This document shows, piece by piece, positions 16,326-27,462 of a stretch of DNA of 64,000 nucleotides (its first letter is position 1; each line of letters begins with the position of its first letter). The position numbers and the translations under genes are program-made. Source of the stretch: an uncultured Candidatus Saccharibacteria bacterium (GTDB lineage Bacteria > Patescibacteriota > Doudnabacteria > UBA920); contig CAZHIA010000005.1 in assembly GCA_964532425.1 (NCBI GenBank), positions 2,772-66,771 of the forward strand, in the 5' to 3' direction. Below the pieces are notes generated by a model, which saw only the letters and a list, made by a program, of their open reading frames with translations, was not told the DNA's origin and made no database searches.

Positions 16326-16982
16326 TTACTCAACTGCAAGTATTCGGCGAGCGCACTTCTCGATACGGGCAAGTTGGCCTGTAAGGATGTTAGCAAGAGC
16401 CTCTTCTTTTCGAAAAATCCAGGTCAGTGCATTGTCCTTGTCTTTGGCGAACAGATGCCAAAGACGGCCAAGCAGCTCGTACTTTTCCGGTTCGAATACC
16501 ATCAGCGGCCACCAGTCGTTTGGAGTTCGTTCGAACTTCTTCGGAAAGAGAATTTCGTCTCCGCTGATGTCGCCATCCATATTGACGGTGAGGAGTGCCG
16601 GTACTGGGACCGGCACATACACCCCGTCATTCAGCAGGGCGAACACCCATTCATACTCGTGGTGGGCGTACTCGATCTTCAAAGCTGCCCAGTTGCTTTC
16701 CGCATACGCAGATGGATTTGGTTCGCTCACTAGAAACTGGTGCGGCGAGCTGTCCGGGGCACACAGTACCCGAGTTTCTTCGCTGTAGTTTAAATGGTGC
16801 CGTGTTTCGAATCCGCTGTCCAGCTGTTGTGGCTTCGGGTTGAAACGTTCCGGTGACTCTTGCATAATTCGAGCCACTGCTTTGAAGAGCACTTCCAAGT
16901 ATTCTTCCCTGGTCAACGTTTTCTCTTGCCATTCACTATCGAACGAAACGCGATACTTCAGAGTAACGGTATTGCTTGTCAT
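16326..16982 (-). CDS. hypothetical protein
   Basis: 218 aa; SD GAGGG; TTGACA-N17-TATAAT at 17071-17043. Confidence 0.75.
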   Translation of the reverse strand: MTSNTVTLKYRVSFDSEWQEKTLTREEYLEVLFKAVARIMQESPERFNPKPQQLDSGFETRHHLNYSEETRVLCAPDSSPHQFLVSEPNPSAYAESNWAALKIEYAHHEYEWVFALLNDGVYVPVPVPALLTVNMDGDISGDEILFPKKFERTPNDWWPLMVFEPEKYELLGRLWHLFAKDKDNALTWIFRKEEALANILTGQLARIEKCARRILAVE

Positions 16983-17160
16983 TGTATATTCCCTCTTTTT
17001 GGTTGGATTGGATGTTTTTTAACGTCGTTCCCACGACTCCTTATTATACAGTAAATCAGCCATTGTGTCAAGGGCTGATTTTATATCATTCTGCGAATTG
17101 AATTGAACTGCGCAATCTGCGCTTATCCGCGCCTGCCTGCGGTAGGCAGGTATCTGCGAT

Positions 17161-18072
17161 CTATCTGGTTATTTCTTCTTCCAACACCTTCATATTCTGG
17201 TTGTGGTTCACCCGTATGCGCGGCACTTCCATCATGTTATCTAAATTCACGCGGTTACCTTCGTGGACCGTAATACCCATAGAAAACCCGGCCTTGCGCG
17301 CCAGCTGGATGTATTGGGTATTGTAATGGCCGTAGGGGTATATCAAAATGTTGGTCGTTGTTCCCAAGTGTTCCTGAATATCCTGGTAGGAACCATATAA
17401 ATTGTTCTGAATAAAATCGGGTTTGTACTTCGGATCTTTGGCGTCGAAATGGTCCTGGGTGTGGGAAACAATCTCCATACCTTCATCATGCGCCGCGGCA
17501 ATCTGCTGCCAAGTAGCGTACTGGTTCGTTCCCTGCGTATCACCGGGCCAGCGAGTAATGATGGCAAAGCTGCCGGTATACCCGTGTTTTTTCAATATCG
17601 GAATGGCATTTTCAAATACATCGCTGTACCCGTCATCAAACGTGAAGATAACCGGCTTTTTGGGCAGCTCGCCATTCTTTTGGCTGAAGTTGTAGAGATC
17701 CTCAAGAGATATACTCTCATACCCTTGATCCTTAATCCATTTGACCTGTTGTTCGAATTCCTCGGGAGACACGGTGAGTCCCCTTCTGACAGCGTCAGCC
17801 TTTTCCGGAACGCTGCCCACATGGTGGTACATGAGAATCGGTACTTTAAGATAGCGTCCTTTGTTATTCTGTGCTATCGGCAGCGGCGCGGTGTCCTGCT
17901 GGGTTACACCGGCATACAAGTCGGTTACGGATTTTTGATGAACCTGGGCAGTTTGAATTTGTGGGCGGTGACGCCGTTCGATTATAGTCACGGTAAAAAC
18001 AGCGGCTGTCACCAAAATGGTGCCAACGATGGCTATAATTGTCTGGCGTGATTGGGGTCTGCTGATGTTCAT
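17161..18072 (-). CDS. polysaccharide deacetylase (NodB/CE4), membrane anchored
   Basis: PILMYHH, TFDDGY, SHTQDH, YPYG. Confidence 0.92.
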   Translation of the reverse strand: MNISRPQSRQTIIAIVGTILVTAAVFTVTIIERRHRPQIQTAQVHQKSVTDLYAGVTQQDTAPLPIAQNNKGRYLKVPILMYHHVGSVPEKADAVRRGLTVSPEEFEQQVKWIKDQGYESISLEDLYNFSQKNGELPKKPVIFTFDDGYSDVFENAIPILKKHGYTGSFAIITRWPGDTQGTNQYATWQQIAAAHDEGMEIVSHTQDHFDAKDPKYKPDFIQNNLYGSYQDIQEHLGTTTNILIYPYGHYNTQYIQLARKAGFSMGITVHEGNRVNLDNMMEVPRIRVNHNQNMKVLEEEITR

Positions 18073-18141
18073 ATTTTTATTAATCTAAAATCCCGCCCCG
18101 GCGTACTCATGAGAGAATCCGGGACGGGATGTTTGACGAAA

Positions 18142-18807
18142 CTACTCAGCTTTCTTTTCCGCTTCTGCGCCTTCAGTTGCAGGCTTTTGCTCAGCCGCAC
18201 CTTCCACGGCGGTCACATCTTCCACGACCGGAGTAGCGAGTTCGGCCTCCACATCGCGCGGCGGCTGTACCTTGGCCACAGTCTCTTCGGCATCGGTAGT
18301 GATGGTTACTTTGGCAGGGACTTTCAAGTCCTTGACTAGAATGACATCGCTAAATGAATTCATACCGCTGATATCTACCTCGAGGTTGTGCGGCAGGTCG
18401 GACGGCAGACACTCGACTTCGACTTCGCTCAAGACCTTGACGAGCGTTCCGCCCAAAGCCTTGACTGCATGGGATTCGCCGGTATATTCAAGAGCAACAG
18501 TGGCGGTAAGCTTTTCGGTCATATCCACTTCGTAAAAATCTACATGGATCGGGGTAGCCTTTAACACGTGCATCTGTACATCATGAATGAGCACGGGGTG
18601 CTTTTTGCCGTCCTGAGTTTCCAAGTCAACAATAGTGCTCTCCCCTGCCTTGCGCAGAACCTTTTCGAATTCGTTTTGGTTCACTGCCAGCATGGTATTC
18701 GGTACGTGGTGTCCGTACAAGACTGCCGGCATCATGCCGGACTTGCGCAGTTTTGCCAGGGAATCTTTGGCCTCCCTGCTCACGCTTTTTAACTGGATCT
18801 TGTCCAT
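18142..18807 (-). CDS. rplY: 50S ribosomal protein L25/Ctc
   Basis: PAVLYG, HVDFY, EVECLPSDLP. Confidence 0.95.
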   Translation of the reverse strand: MDKIQLKSVSREAKDSLAKLRKSGMMPAVLYGHHVPNTMLAVNQNEFEKVLRKAGESTIVDLETQDGKKHPVLIHDVQMHVLKATPIHVDFYEVDMTEKLTATVALEYTGESHAVKALGGTLVKVLSEVEVECLPSDLPHNLEVDISGMNSFSDVILVKDLKVPAKVTITTDAEETVAKVQPPRDVEAELATPVVEDVTAVEGAAEQKPATEGAEAEKKAE

Positions 18808-19217
18808 TCTTTATCCTTGCATGGTCTTGCCCATCCCTGCTGTTTCTCTCCGTAAAGACATACATGCTTTATTGGATAGAAATGCCCGTGCACCACACAG
18901 ATGCAGGGCGAGGTACTCACAAGGCCTTAAAAATTGCTTGTTAGATTATAGCAGAAAGCTTGGTTTTTTGCAAGCATAGAGCGTAGCCCCGCCCTTTGCC
19001 AGTAAAGAGCGGGACGAAGCACTATATTTTTCTCCCTTTTTGGGGGAGATGTCTCAACTTGTCGGGACAGTGAGGGTGCAATAAGAGCATAGTCGCGTAC
19101 TTTGACAGCTATCGGCAATTTCTCCTACAATACTTCGATTACCGGACCTGTTGTGCAGGCTGGTAATAAGCCGGCGGTCCTGTTGTGCAGGACCAAGGGC
19201 TCTAAACTGGAGGATAT

Positions 19218-20408
19218 ATGAATACCAAAGAAGTAGAACGCGACGAATTTGTCGATTTTCAGCCCCGCGACCTGCTGACGGTCTCGGAGTCTGTCCTCAA
19301 ACATCCCATGCTTATGGCTATCGTCGAATCAGGCCAAAGCCCTAAAGACTGCTATGGGTACATGAAGCGGATCGGCTTTTCAGACGATACCGCCTATAGA
19401 GTCAAGGCCGCGGTCCGGGCCAAACTGGAAATCCAGCAAGGCTTGGAACGCTCCCGAGTGCTCAACCCCAGTATGGCAGACGCGACTGCTCAAGTCTGGT
19501 CTTTGCTGAGATCGACCCAAGACCGGCCATCTTCCATATTCCTGTTTCCGGATATGGGCAGGGAGTACTTGACCCCTTGCGAGGGGGTTGCGTTCGGAAG
19601 ACAGGCAGTAGACCGTCAGCGTTGGCCGTACCTGCTCCAGGAGTTCATCTATCGGCCGCCCATGATTTCGAGCCAATATCCGGCACCGCTGACCACCTTC
19701 GACTACGACGGCTCGCACTTTCTCCGGCTGCATCAATCTTTCCGCGCGGGTGACGAATGGGATAATCAACCATACGGCCCGAAGAGCGTAAGAGGCACGG
19801 ACGGCTCCTGGTCTTATGAGTTGTTTGATGGTACGGTGCCCGTACTGTACTGGAGCATGGAGCATGCCAGTTACGGCTGTCTTGTCAGCAGCTACAGCAA
19901 TGTTCTGCCTTCGACTGACCCGTTGTGCCCCTTTCCCCGCTGCTACAAACTGGTCAAAATCGAAAAGGCGTTGCCGGATGGCGGCCAAGAGATGATCAAG
20001 ATCAAGGTTCGGCAGGACTTTGGTCCGGAACAGGGCTCTGCCATGCATTGGAAACTGGGTGAGGTGTGCTACCAGAGGTCAGTGCCGCTCAGCGGGTTGC
20101 TGGAAATTAAACTGGTACTCAAGTATTCCATCGACCGGGACATGCGCATCCAATGGAATTACCAGCGCGGCGATGATTTTATCCTAACTGGATTTTCCCG
20201 GAAACCCGAAACGTCCGAACAGTTGGGCCGGGAATTATTCAGACGGGTATCATTCGTGCAAGCGGGCGAGAGTCGCATACACGAGGATCTGACCAAGCTC
20301 GGTCATCGTATTCTCAGCAGCGAGCCTCCCCCGCTGGAGCGCGTTGCCGGCAGGCCGTTCCTGGACCGTCCGCCTGCAAACCTGTCCGATCTTTTCATCA
20401 CTTCTTGA
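19218..20408 (+). CDS. hypothetical protein
   Basis: 396-aa ORF, GGAGG SD, TTGACA promoter at about 19102. Confidence 0.75.
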   Translation: MNTKEVERDEFVDFQPRDLLTVSESVLKHPMLMAIVESGQSPKDCYGYMKRIGFSDDTAYRVKAAVRAKLEIQQGLERSRVLNPSMADATAQVWSLLRSTQDRPSSIFLFPDMGREYLTPCEGVAFGRQAVDRQRWPYLLQEFIYRPPMISSQYPAPLTTFDYDGSHFLRLHQSFRAGDEWDNQPYGPKSVRGTDGSWSYELFDGTVPVLYWSMEHASYGCLVSSYSNVLPSTDPLCPFPRCYKLVKIEKALPDGGQEMIKIKVRQDFGPEQGSAMHWKLGEVCYQRSVPLSGLLEIKLVLKYSIDRDMRIQWNYQRGDDFILTGFSRKPETSEQLGRELFRRVSFVQAGESRIHEDLTKLGHRILSSEPPPLERVAGRPFLDRPPANLSDLFITS

Positions 20409-20550
20409 CATCGGTTAAATTGTCCATTCGTCGAATCCTACCATGCTGGGTAGTGTGGTAGTATTCGACCGCTTTGGGTGATCAACAAAAACACAAAAAC
20501 TCCGCTGCTTGCGAGCAGCGGAGTTTTAGATTATCCTCGATTGCAAAATA

Positions 20551-20955
20551 CTATTTAGTTCGCGATCCTCGATCTGCTGAGGATATGGCCTTCACAAAAT
20601 TACCGTCAAATTTTTTCAAAGCTTTGTGAATGCCGATTACATCGTCGGCTGAGATCGGTTCTTTGGCATGCAGCCGCTTGCTGTCACCGGAGGTTAAGTC
20701 TGTGATCATGCCTACGCTGAAAACCTCGGGCCCATGAATGTCGATGTTGAACATAATGGAGCTCTTGCACTTGGTACAATCCGAGTGAATGAGAATATGC
20801 GCTTCAGCATTCATATCATCCTGCTGACTATCTACGACTTTGGTCTGGTCCAAATTATATTTGACTCCGCAAATCGGACAGCGCAAAATCAGTCCCAGCC
20901 ATTCGATGATCTTTTTTAGGTCAAAATTATCTCTCATAACGTATCCTTTCGACAC
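20551..20955 (-). CDS. Zn-ribbon hypothetical protein
   Basis: CPIC...CTKC; start could be ATG 20937. Confidence 0.75.
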   Translation of the reverse strand: MSKGYVMRDNFDLKKIIEWLGLILRCPICGVKYNLDQTKVVDSQQDDMNAEAHILIHSDCTKCKSSIMFNIDIHGPEVFSVGMITDLTSGDSKRLHAKEPISADDVIGIHKALKKFDGNFVKAISSADRGSRTK

Positions 20956-21217
20956 ATACTATAATATTCGGTGATATACCGCTTTTGTAGGAGCAGACTT
21001 CTATGTCTATCGGCTCGTGTGGGTAACATAGACATGCTTTCGGGCGGATCCAGCCTTCGCATGAAGCTATGGCGGACACCGTAAATCCGGCCCCTACCAT
21101 GCAGGTCTTCCGCCGTAGGGGCTAGCGACAGCTGCCCGTCGTCCGACGAAAGATTTTCTAACAGATTTATTCACCAGAGTGTCTAACAACACCCATATAC
21201 TTAGTATACACTATCTT

Positions 21218-22318
21218 CTAAAATCTCAATACTTTCGATTGGATTGCCACATTCTGGGCTATGCCGAGGGCGCTTAAGGACACCATCAATGCGCTGCCGC
21301 CAGCACTCAAAAACGGGAGTGGAATGCCCGTTACCGGAAGTAGTCCGATATTCATACCGATGTTAATGGTGACGTGCATGAAGAACATAAAAAACACGCC
21401 GCCGGCCGCATACATGCCCAAGTCATCCCTGGCTTGGTGCATGACCTTAATGAGCCGCGCAAACAGGAAAAAATACAAAACGAGGAGCGCCATAACACCA
21501 ACGAACCCGATCTCTTCGCTGCTGGCCGCAAAAATGAAGTCGGTTTGCCGCTCGGGCAGAAATTTATGTTCGCTTTGCAGCCCTTGTCCGAGTCCCCTGC
21601 CCCAGAGCATGCCGCTGCCTACTGCGATCGTAGCTTGTTTGACATTGTACCCTTTGCCTTTGGGATCGAGATTTGGGTCTAAAAACACCATGACGCGGTC
21701 CTTCTGGAAGTCTTTCAGGACGAATTTCCAGGTCAGGCCGGCTACGCTGAGGAATGCGAGAAAAAGGATAGCCAGGAATTTCCGCTTAATCGGCGAAATG
21801 AGGATGACACCTGCCCAGATGGACATAATAATAATGGAAGAACCAAGATCAGGTTCGAGAACGACCAGGCTGGCAGGGATGATGACGTATAAGAATGACC
21901 AGCCGATATTGGTCCAGGCATTGATGGCCCCGCGCCTCAAATACAGAAGCCTGGCCAGGCCTAAGATAACAATTAATTTAACAAATTCCGCCACCTGCAG
22001 GTTAAAAAAGCCGAGATCGATCCAGCGGCGTCCGCCGCGGACTGCCGAGCCAAACACGAGCAGGTAAACGAGCAGAAAAACAAAAACAACATAAAAAACG
22101 CGGTTGGCTTTCGCCATGGTATGGTAGTCGAAAAAGGCAAAGAAAAAAAATCCAACAAGTCCGATACCCAAAAAAGCGACTTGCCGCCAAAAAACGGTGG
22201 TCGCTCCCGTGGTTACGGAAGTGCTATACAGCAGTGCCATTCCCACAACGATAAGCAGGAACATGGAGGTCAGGAGTGGGAGGTCGAAATATTTGAATCT
22301 AGAGAAAAATTTTAACAT
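21218..22318 (-). CDS. rodA: rod shape-determining protein RodA (SEDS family)
   Basis: RRWIDLG, EPDLGS, AVGSG, LPERQTDFIF, PVTGIPLPFLSAGG. Confidence 0.92.
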   Translation of the reverse strand: MLKFFSRFKYFDLPLLTSMFLLIVVGMALLYSTSVTTGATTVFWRQVAFLGIGLVGFFFFAFFDYHTMAKANRVFYVVFVFLLVYLLVFGSAVRGGRRWIDLGFFNLQVAEFVKLIVILGLARLLYLRRGAINAWTNIGWSFLYVIIPASLVVLEPDLGSSIIIMSIWAGVILISPIKRKFLAILFLAFLSVAGLTWKFVLKDFQKDRVMVFLDPNLDPKGKGYNVKQATIAVGSGMLWGRGLGQGLQSEHKFLPERQTDFIFAASSEEIGFVGVMALLVLYFFLFARLIKVMHQARDDLGMYAAGGVFFMFFMHVTINIGMNIGLLPVTGIPLPFLSAGGSALMVSLSALGIAQNVAIQSKVLRF

Positions 22319-22423
22319 AGGAATATACATTTGACATTTAACCTTTAACAATTAACACTGAACCCCGGCGCATGCGCCGGGGTAAGGGTCAAATGTCACA
22401 TGTCAAAGGTCAAAGGTTGGAAA

Positions 22424-23302
22424 TTACCACTGTTGCTGCGCTTCCGGCCGGCTCAGGTCGCTCGTCGGCGTATTGGAGCCGGCTGGCAGGGTCAGGTTGA
22501 GCGGATCCAGGGTGTTGGTTTCGGCAAGTGTTTCGATCTTGGCGACGCTCGACCCATCCAGTACCCCGGGCCAAAGCTGCTTATATGCACGCCGGGCGAA
22601 TGGAGCCAGAGTAAATTCATCGCGCTGGCTGGCGCCAATGATTGTACCGGCTGCGTTTTTTAACAAGACGATGATGCGGATACTGCCGATCTGGTAGGGT
22701 GAATTGTTAAACACCTCGCCCTGCACCGCGTATTGCGGCGGGTTTAATTGGACGGCGCCAGTAGGAGTGTTCGGTACCAGTTTAACGGTGGGAATGAACA
22801 GGCGTTTTTGCCAGGCTAGTTCTTCTGGAACTTCATACGTGGCTTTGCTTGCTGCACCTGGCCCCGGAATGCGGGTCACCACGATAGTCTTCGTTTCGTT
22901 CGGAAGCAAAAAAATTTTATCCTGCCAGGAATAGATTTCCCTGCCAGCCGAATCATAAAAATGAATCTTCAACGGCGACTGGTTCAGGGAAAGATCGAGG
23001 TTTTCGTTAGTGACGCTAATGACTGCGGTGCCGAACGGCTGCCCTGGAACAAAAACCGCATTGCCGAACTTCAGCGGTTTAGGATTGGCAAATGAGGGGT
23101 GGGCGGCTGCATAAGCTGGCTGGTATTTTTTATTGTAGAGGCCTTGAGAAATGCTTTTCGCAATGAAGTAGGATGGGATGACTGCCAGAATGCAGAAGAT
23201 AAGGAGGAATTTCACAAATCCCGGCATGCCTGCCAAAACGCTTTTGGCTTCGAGCTCGGCTTCCGCCAGCTCAAGCTCTAATTTCTCTTTTAAATATTCC
23301 AT
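22424..23302 (-). CDS. membrane-anchored beta-rich hypothetical protein
   Basis: One TM helix followed by two Ig-like repeats. Confidence 0.75.
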   Translation of the reverse strand: MEYLKEKLELELAEAELEAKSVLAGMPGFVKFLLIFCILAVIPSYFIAKSISQGLYNKKYQPAYAAAHPSFANPKPLKFGNAVFVPGQPFGTAVISVTNENLDLSLNQSPLKIHFYDSAGREIYSWQDKIFLLPNETKTIVVTRIPGPGAASKATYEVPEELAWQKRLFIPTVKLVPNTPTGAVQLNPPQYAVQGEVFNNSPYQIGSIRIIVLLKNAAGTIIGASQRDEFTLAPFARRAYKQLWPGVLDGSSVAKIETLAETNTLDPLNLTLPAGSNTPTSDLSRPEAQQQW

Positions 23303-23379
23303 ATAATTGACGAAATTTTTGTTTGTGTTCTGATGTTAAAATTATAGCAAAATCCGGAGGTTTTTGGTACACTAATATC

Positions 23380-23480
23380 ATTGAACAAAATTTAAAAAAT
23401 TGACAAAATTGACAAAATTGTGGTTACAGGCTGCAGTTTAATTTTGTCAATTTTGTTCAATTGTGTCATTTTTGTCAATT
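23380..23480. repeat. 101-bp ATTGACAAA 9-mer inverted element upstream of dnaE
   Basis: Near-identical to 45421-45521. Confidence 0.8.
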
Positions 23481-23485
23481 CCCTT

Positions 23486-26400
23486 ATGTCTTTCACCCAC
23501 CTCCACTGCCATAGCCATTATTCCCTGCTTGACGGTCTGTCCAAAACGGACCAGCTGATTTCGCGTACCAAGGAGCTCGGCATGGACAGCCTGGCTTTGA
23601 CCGATCATGGGGTCATGTACGGGACCATAGAATTTTATACTGAATGCATCGCTGCTGGAATCAAGCCGATCATTGGACTTGAAGCCTATATTGCTCCGCG
23701 CCGGTATACGGACAAGGAAGGTAAGATAGATGCGGACTATTTCCATCTGACATTGCTTGCCGAGACGTATGAGGGGTACAAAAACCTCATCATGCTGACC
23801 ACGGAAGCGCACATCAACGGTTTTTATTATAAGCCGCGGGTGGACACTGAGCTGCTCAAAAAATATAGTAAAGGCCTCATTGCACTTTCCGGCTGCATGC
23901 GCGGCGAAATTCCCCGCGCGGTTATGAATAAGTCCGAAGAAGAAGCCCAGAAAGTCCTGGAAAAATATTTGGATATTTTCGGGCGGGGCAACCTGTATAT
24001 CGAAATTCAGCGCAATGCCCGCGGTTATGACGAAAAAGAAGCGGAACTGAACACGCGCTTAGTAGAATTCGCCGGCAAGAATGGATTGCCGCTGGTGGCA
24101 ACTTCTGATTGCCATTATATCAATTCGGAAGATTATGAAGCGCAGGATGTTCTGGTCTGCATTGGTACCGGGCGGAACGTCAATGACACGGACCGGCTCG
24201 ACATGCGCGCCTATGATCTTTCCTTAAAATCGCCGGAACGCATGGCGGAGTTGTTTTCCGATCTCCCGGAAGCCGTCGAGAACAGCGCAAAAATTGCAGC
24301 GCGCTGCCAGGTTGAAATTCTTATTGACCAGCGTTATTTTGCCAAGATGGAAATTCCGGAAGGCTTTACCGTAGCTGACTATCTAAAAAAACAGGTGTAC
24401 GAGAAGGCAGTGCCGATTTACGGCGACAAGGACGGCAATTTGCCGCAGAACGTTGTTGACCGCATTGAGTATGAGCTTGGTATTATTTCCAAGAAAGGGT
24501 TTGATTCGTATTTCCTCATGGTGGCGGATATTGTGCAAGGCGCGCACAGCATTGGTGCCATTACCAACACCAGAGGGAGCGCAGCCGGTGCGATTATCGG
24601 CCATATTCTGGGAATCAGCCACATTGACCCGTTGTATTACCAGCTGCCATTCGAGCGGTTTTTGAACCCGTACCGACCGACGCCGCCCGATGTCGACTTG
24701 GATATTTCCGATCAACGCCGCGATGACGCCATCGCCTGGATATCGAATCGGTTTGGTCAGGACAAGGTTGCCCAGATTATCACGTTTGGAACAATGAAAG
24801 CGCGCGCGTCCATCCGCGATGTGGGCCGCGCTTTGGGAATTCCGTACAGCAAGTGCGACCAGATCGCCAAAATGATTCCCATGGGCAAGCAGGGGTTTGA
24901 TATGACGCTGCAGAAAGCCATGGAAATGAATCCGGAGTTTAAAGAGATCTATGACCGCGATCCGGACACGAACCGCATCGTTTCCATTGCCCAGAAACTC
25001 GAGGGCGGAGCGCGCCATGCGTCCATCCATGCCGCGGCTATTGCCATTACGCCTACTCCCCTCACCGATTACACGCCCTTGCAGCTGGAACCTGACGGCA
25101 CGCGCCATATTACGCAATATGACATGTATGCGCTCGATGCCGGTGCGTCCAGCAAGGCCTTAGGGGTGATCAAGATGGACTTGCTTGGTATCCGCAACCT
25201 GTCTATTCTTGAGCAGGCGGTCAAAATTACGGAAAAGCGCCGCAACGTAAAAATTGATATTTACAATCTCCCCCACCCTGATCCCAAAACCTTTCAATTG
25301 CTTGCCGATGGCCACACGTTTGGTGTGTTCCAGCTGGCCAGCTCCGGCATGACCCGGTATCTCAAGGAACTGAAACCAAAGGATATTTTCGATATCATGG
25401 CTATGATAGCGCTTTACCGTCCGGGGCCGATGAGTATTATTCCTAATTACATCGCGCGCCAGCACGGCAAGGAGAGGGTTGATTATTTTGATCCGCGCAT
25501 GAAGGATTACCTCAGCCGTTCACTCGGGCTGTTGGTCTATCAGGATGACGTTTTGCTGACCGCAGTCAATATAGCGGGCTACACCTGGGAAGAAGCGGAC
25601 AAGCTGCGCAAAGCTATGGGTAAAAAAATCCCGGAAGAAATGGCCAAACAGAAGGTCAAGTTCATTGACGGCTGCGTCAAAGCCGGTATTCCGCCGGCCC
25701 GCGCGACAGACCTGTTCGCACAAATCGAGCCATTCGCCGCGTACGGGTTCGGGCGCGCGCATGCTGCATCGTACAGCATGGTCTCCTACCAGACCGCGTA
25801 TATGAAAGCCAACTATACTGTGGAGTTCATGACCGCGCTCATGACTGCGGAAAGCGGCGATGAAACCAAAATTTATGCGGCCGTGGACGAGTGCAAGAGC
25901 CTCGGCATTGCCGTGTTGCCGCCCGATGTCAACGAGTCCCGCGGTGACTTTACCGTGGTGGACGACAAAACCATCCGGTTCGGGTTGAATGCCATCAAAA
26001 ATTTAGGATCTGACGTGGTAACCTCCATTATTGCCAGTAGAAAGGATGGCGGCCCATTTGCCGACCTTCAGGATTTTCTCATCCGCGCCCATACCAAAAC
26101 CATGAACAAAAAATCATGGGAAGCTTTGGTCAAAGGCGGGGCGCTCGACCGCTTCGGTGAACGCGGACAATTATTAGCCAACACCGAAGAGGTTCTCGAT
26201 TACGTCCGTGAGCATTTTAAAGCTGAAATGAGCGGTCAGAATTCCCTTTTCGGCAAGAGCCTGGGTATGGGCAAATTAAAATTGAAAGATTCACCACCGG
26301 CAACCAAGGAAGAAGCCATGGCTTGGGAAAAGGAACATTTGGGATTGTATGTTACCGCTCATCCGCTCGATAACTACCGCCAGGTCTTGTCCGGTTTTAC

Positions 26401-26944
26401 AAACTTTAAAGATTTGACTGTTGACAGTCTCGGCCAGTTCGTGGTCATGGGAGGGTTGATTACCAAACTCAAACGCATTTTTACTAAGAAGAATGATCCA
26501 ATGGCGTTCTTTACCCTGCAAGATACGACCGGGCAAATCGAAGTTTTGGTATTCCCGAAGACCATGGAAAAGGTTTTGCAGTTTCTAGCCGAAGACCGCG
26601 TGGTCCAAGTCTCGGGCAAGCTTTCGGACAAGGATGAGGAGTTCAAGCTGTTAGCTGACGAGATAAAAGATCTGCCGAATGACGAACTCTATACGATGGC
26701 GCTTTCTGAAATGGAACGGAAAAAACAGGTGGTCCTGCATATGGAATCTCTCGCCAACATGGAAGCCTTGAACAGAATCAAAGACATTCTGCAGGCTAAC
26801 CCCGGTAACGCCCAGGTCTATTTAAGCCTCGGTTCAGGTGGGGCGGCCAAGCGCATCAAGACCCAAAGCCAGGTACGCATCTCGCAGGACCTGATGAAAC
26901 TGCTGCGCGAAGTGCCCGAGGTGGTGATGGTGGATATAAATTAG
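23486..26944 (+). CDS. dnaE: DNA polymerase III alpha subunit
   Basis: PHP HLHCHSHYSLLDG, RGSAAG, PPDVDLD, KMDLLG, OB fold. Confidence 0.98.
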   Translation: MSFTHLHCHSHYSLLDGLSKTDQLISRTKELGMDSLALTDHGVMYGTIEFYTECIAAGIKPIIGLEAYIAPRRYTDKEGKIDADYFHLTLLAETYEGYKNLIMLTTEAHINGFYYKPRVDTELLKKYSKGLIALSGCMRGEIPRAVMNKSEEEAQKVLEKYLDIFGRGNLYIEIQRNARGYDEKEAELNTRLVEFAGKNGLPLVATSDCHYINSEDYEAQDVLVCIGTGRNVNDTDRLDMRAYDLSLKSPERMAELFSDLPEAVENSAKIAARCQVEILIDQRYFAKMEIPEGFTVADYLKKQVYEKAVPIYGDKDGNLPQNVVDRIEYELGIISKKGFDSYFLMVADIVQGAHSIGAITNTRGSAAGAIIGHILGISHIDPLYYQLPFERFLNPYRPTPPDVDLDISDQRRDDAIAWISNRFGQDKVAQIITFGTMKARASIRDVGRALGIPYSKCDQIAKMIPMGKQGFDMTLQKAMEMNPEFKEIYDRDPDTNRIVSIAQKLEGGARHASIHAAAIAITPTPLTDYTPLQLEPDGTRHITQYDMYALDAGASSKALGVIKMDLLGIRNLSILEQAVKITEKRRNVKIDIYNLPHPDPKTFQLLADGHTFGVFQLASSGMTRYLKELKPKDIFDIMAMIALYRPGPMSIIPNYIARQHGKERVDYFDPRMKDYLSRSLGLLVYQDDVLLTAVNIAGYTWEEADKLRKAMGKKIPEEMAKQKVKFIDGCVKAGIPPARATDLFAQIEPFAAYGFGRAHAASYSMVSYQTAYMKANYTVEFMTALMTAESGDETKIYAAVDECKSLGIAVLPPDVNESRGDFTVVDDKTIRFGLNAIKNLGSDVVTSIIASRKDGGPFADLQDFLIRAHTKTMNKKSWEALVKGGALDRFGERGQLLANTEEVLDYVREHFKAEMSGQNSLFGKSLGMGKLKLKDSPPATKEEAMAWEKEHLGLYVTAHPLDNYRQVLSGFTNFKDLTVDSLGQFVVMGGLITKLKRIFTKKNDPMAFFTLQDTTGQIEVLVFPKTMEKVLQFLAEDRVVQVSGKLSDKDEEFKLLADEIKDLPNDELYTMALSEMERKKQVVLHMESLANMEALNRIKDILQANPGNAQVYLSLGSGGAAKRIKTQSQVRISQDLMKLLREVPEVVMVDIN

Positions 26945-27075
26945 CAATAGAAAAATAGAAGATAGAAAGATAAAAAGATTGTAGGGGCAGCTATTAGCCG
27001 CCCGAGCAGTAAAGATAATAAACAAGACCACCGGGAATCGGTGGTCTTTTAGGTTGGTTGGCTGGCTTGCGGCAT

Positions 27076-27306
27076 TCAGAATTTGCGCTCGCCTTTGCTG
27101 GGCGCGTTGCTTGTGTTGAAACGGATCATCCGCTTCACGTATCCTATTATTCCATCCATAAAACAGAATGAAAGGATCAGTGCGAGGATGGAGCTTGCGG
27201 CATCCGGTGCGCCTGGTTCCTCGCTAAGACAGACGAGAAGCATGATGAGTAAGAATGATACGCCGAGGATGCGCAACACGATTTGGCAGCCATACAGAAA
27301 TTCCAT
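27076..27306 (-). CDS. small membrane protein (76 aa)
   Basis: AGGAGG SD, two hydrophobic segments. Confidence 0.6.
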   Translation of the reverse strand: MEFLYGCQIVLRILGVSFLLIMLLVCLSEEPGAPDAASSILALILSFCFMDGIIGYVKRMIRFNTSNAPSKGERKF

Positions 27307-27462
27307 AGTTCCTCCTGTTATCAAAAAAACGTTCAGATGATGGGCACCATCGAGGACCATCTTCAGTCCATAGATCGAAACAATATGTTTGGATTAACCT
27401 GCTAGTAAAGTTAATCCTCGATGGTGCCCATCCATATATCATACGACAATTTTAGGTAAGTG

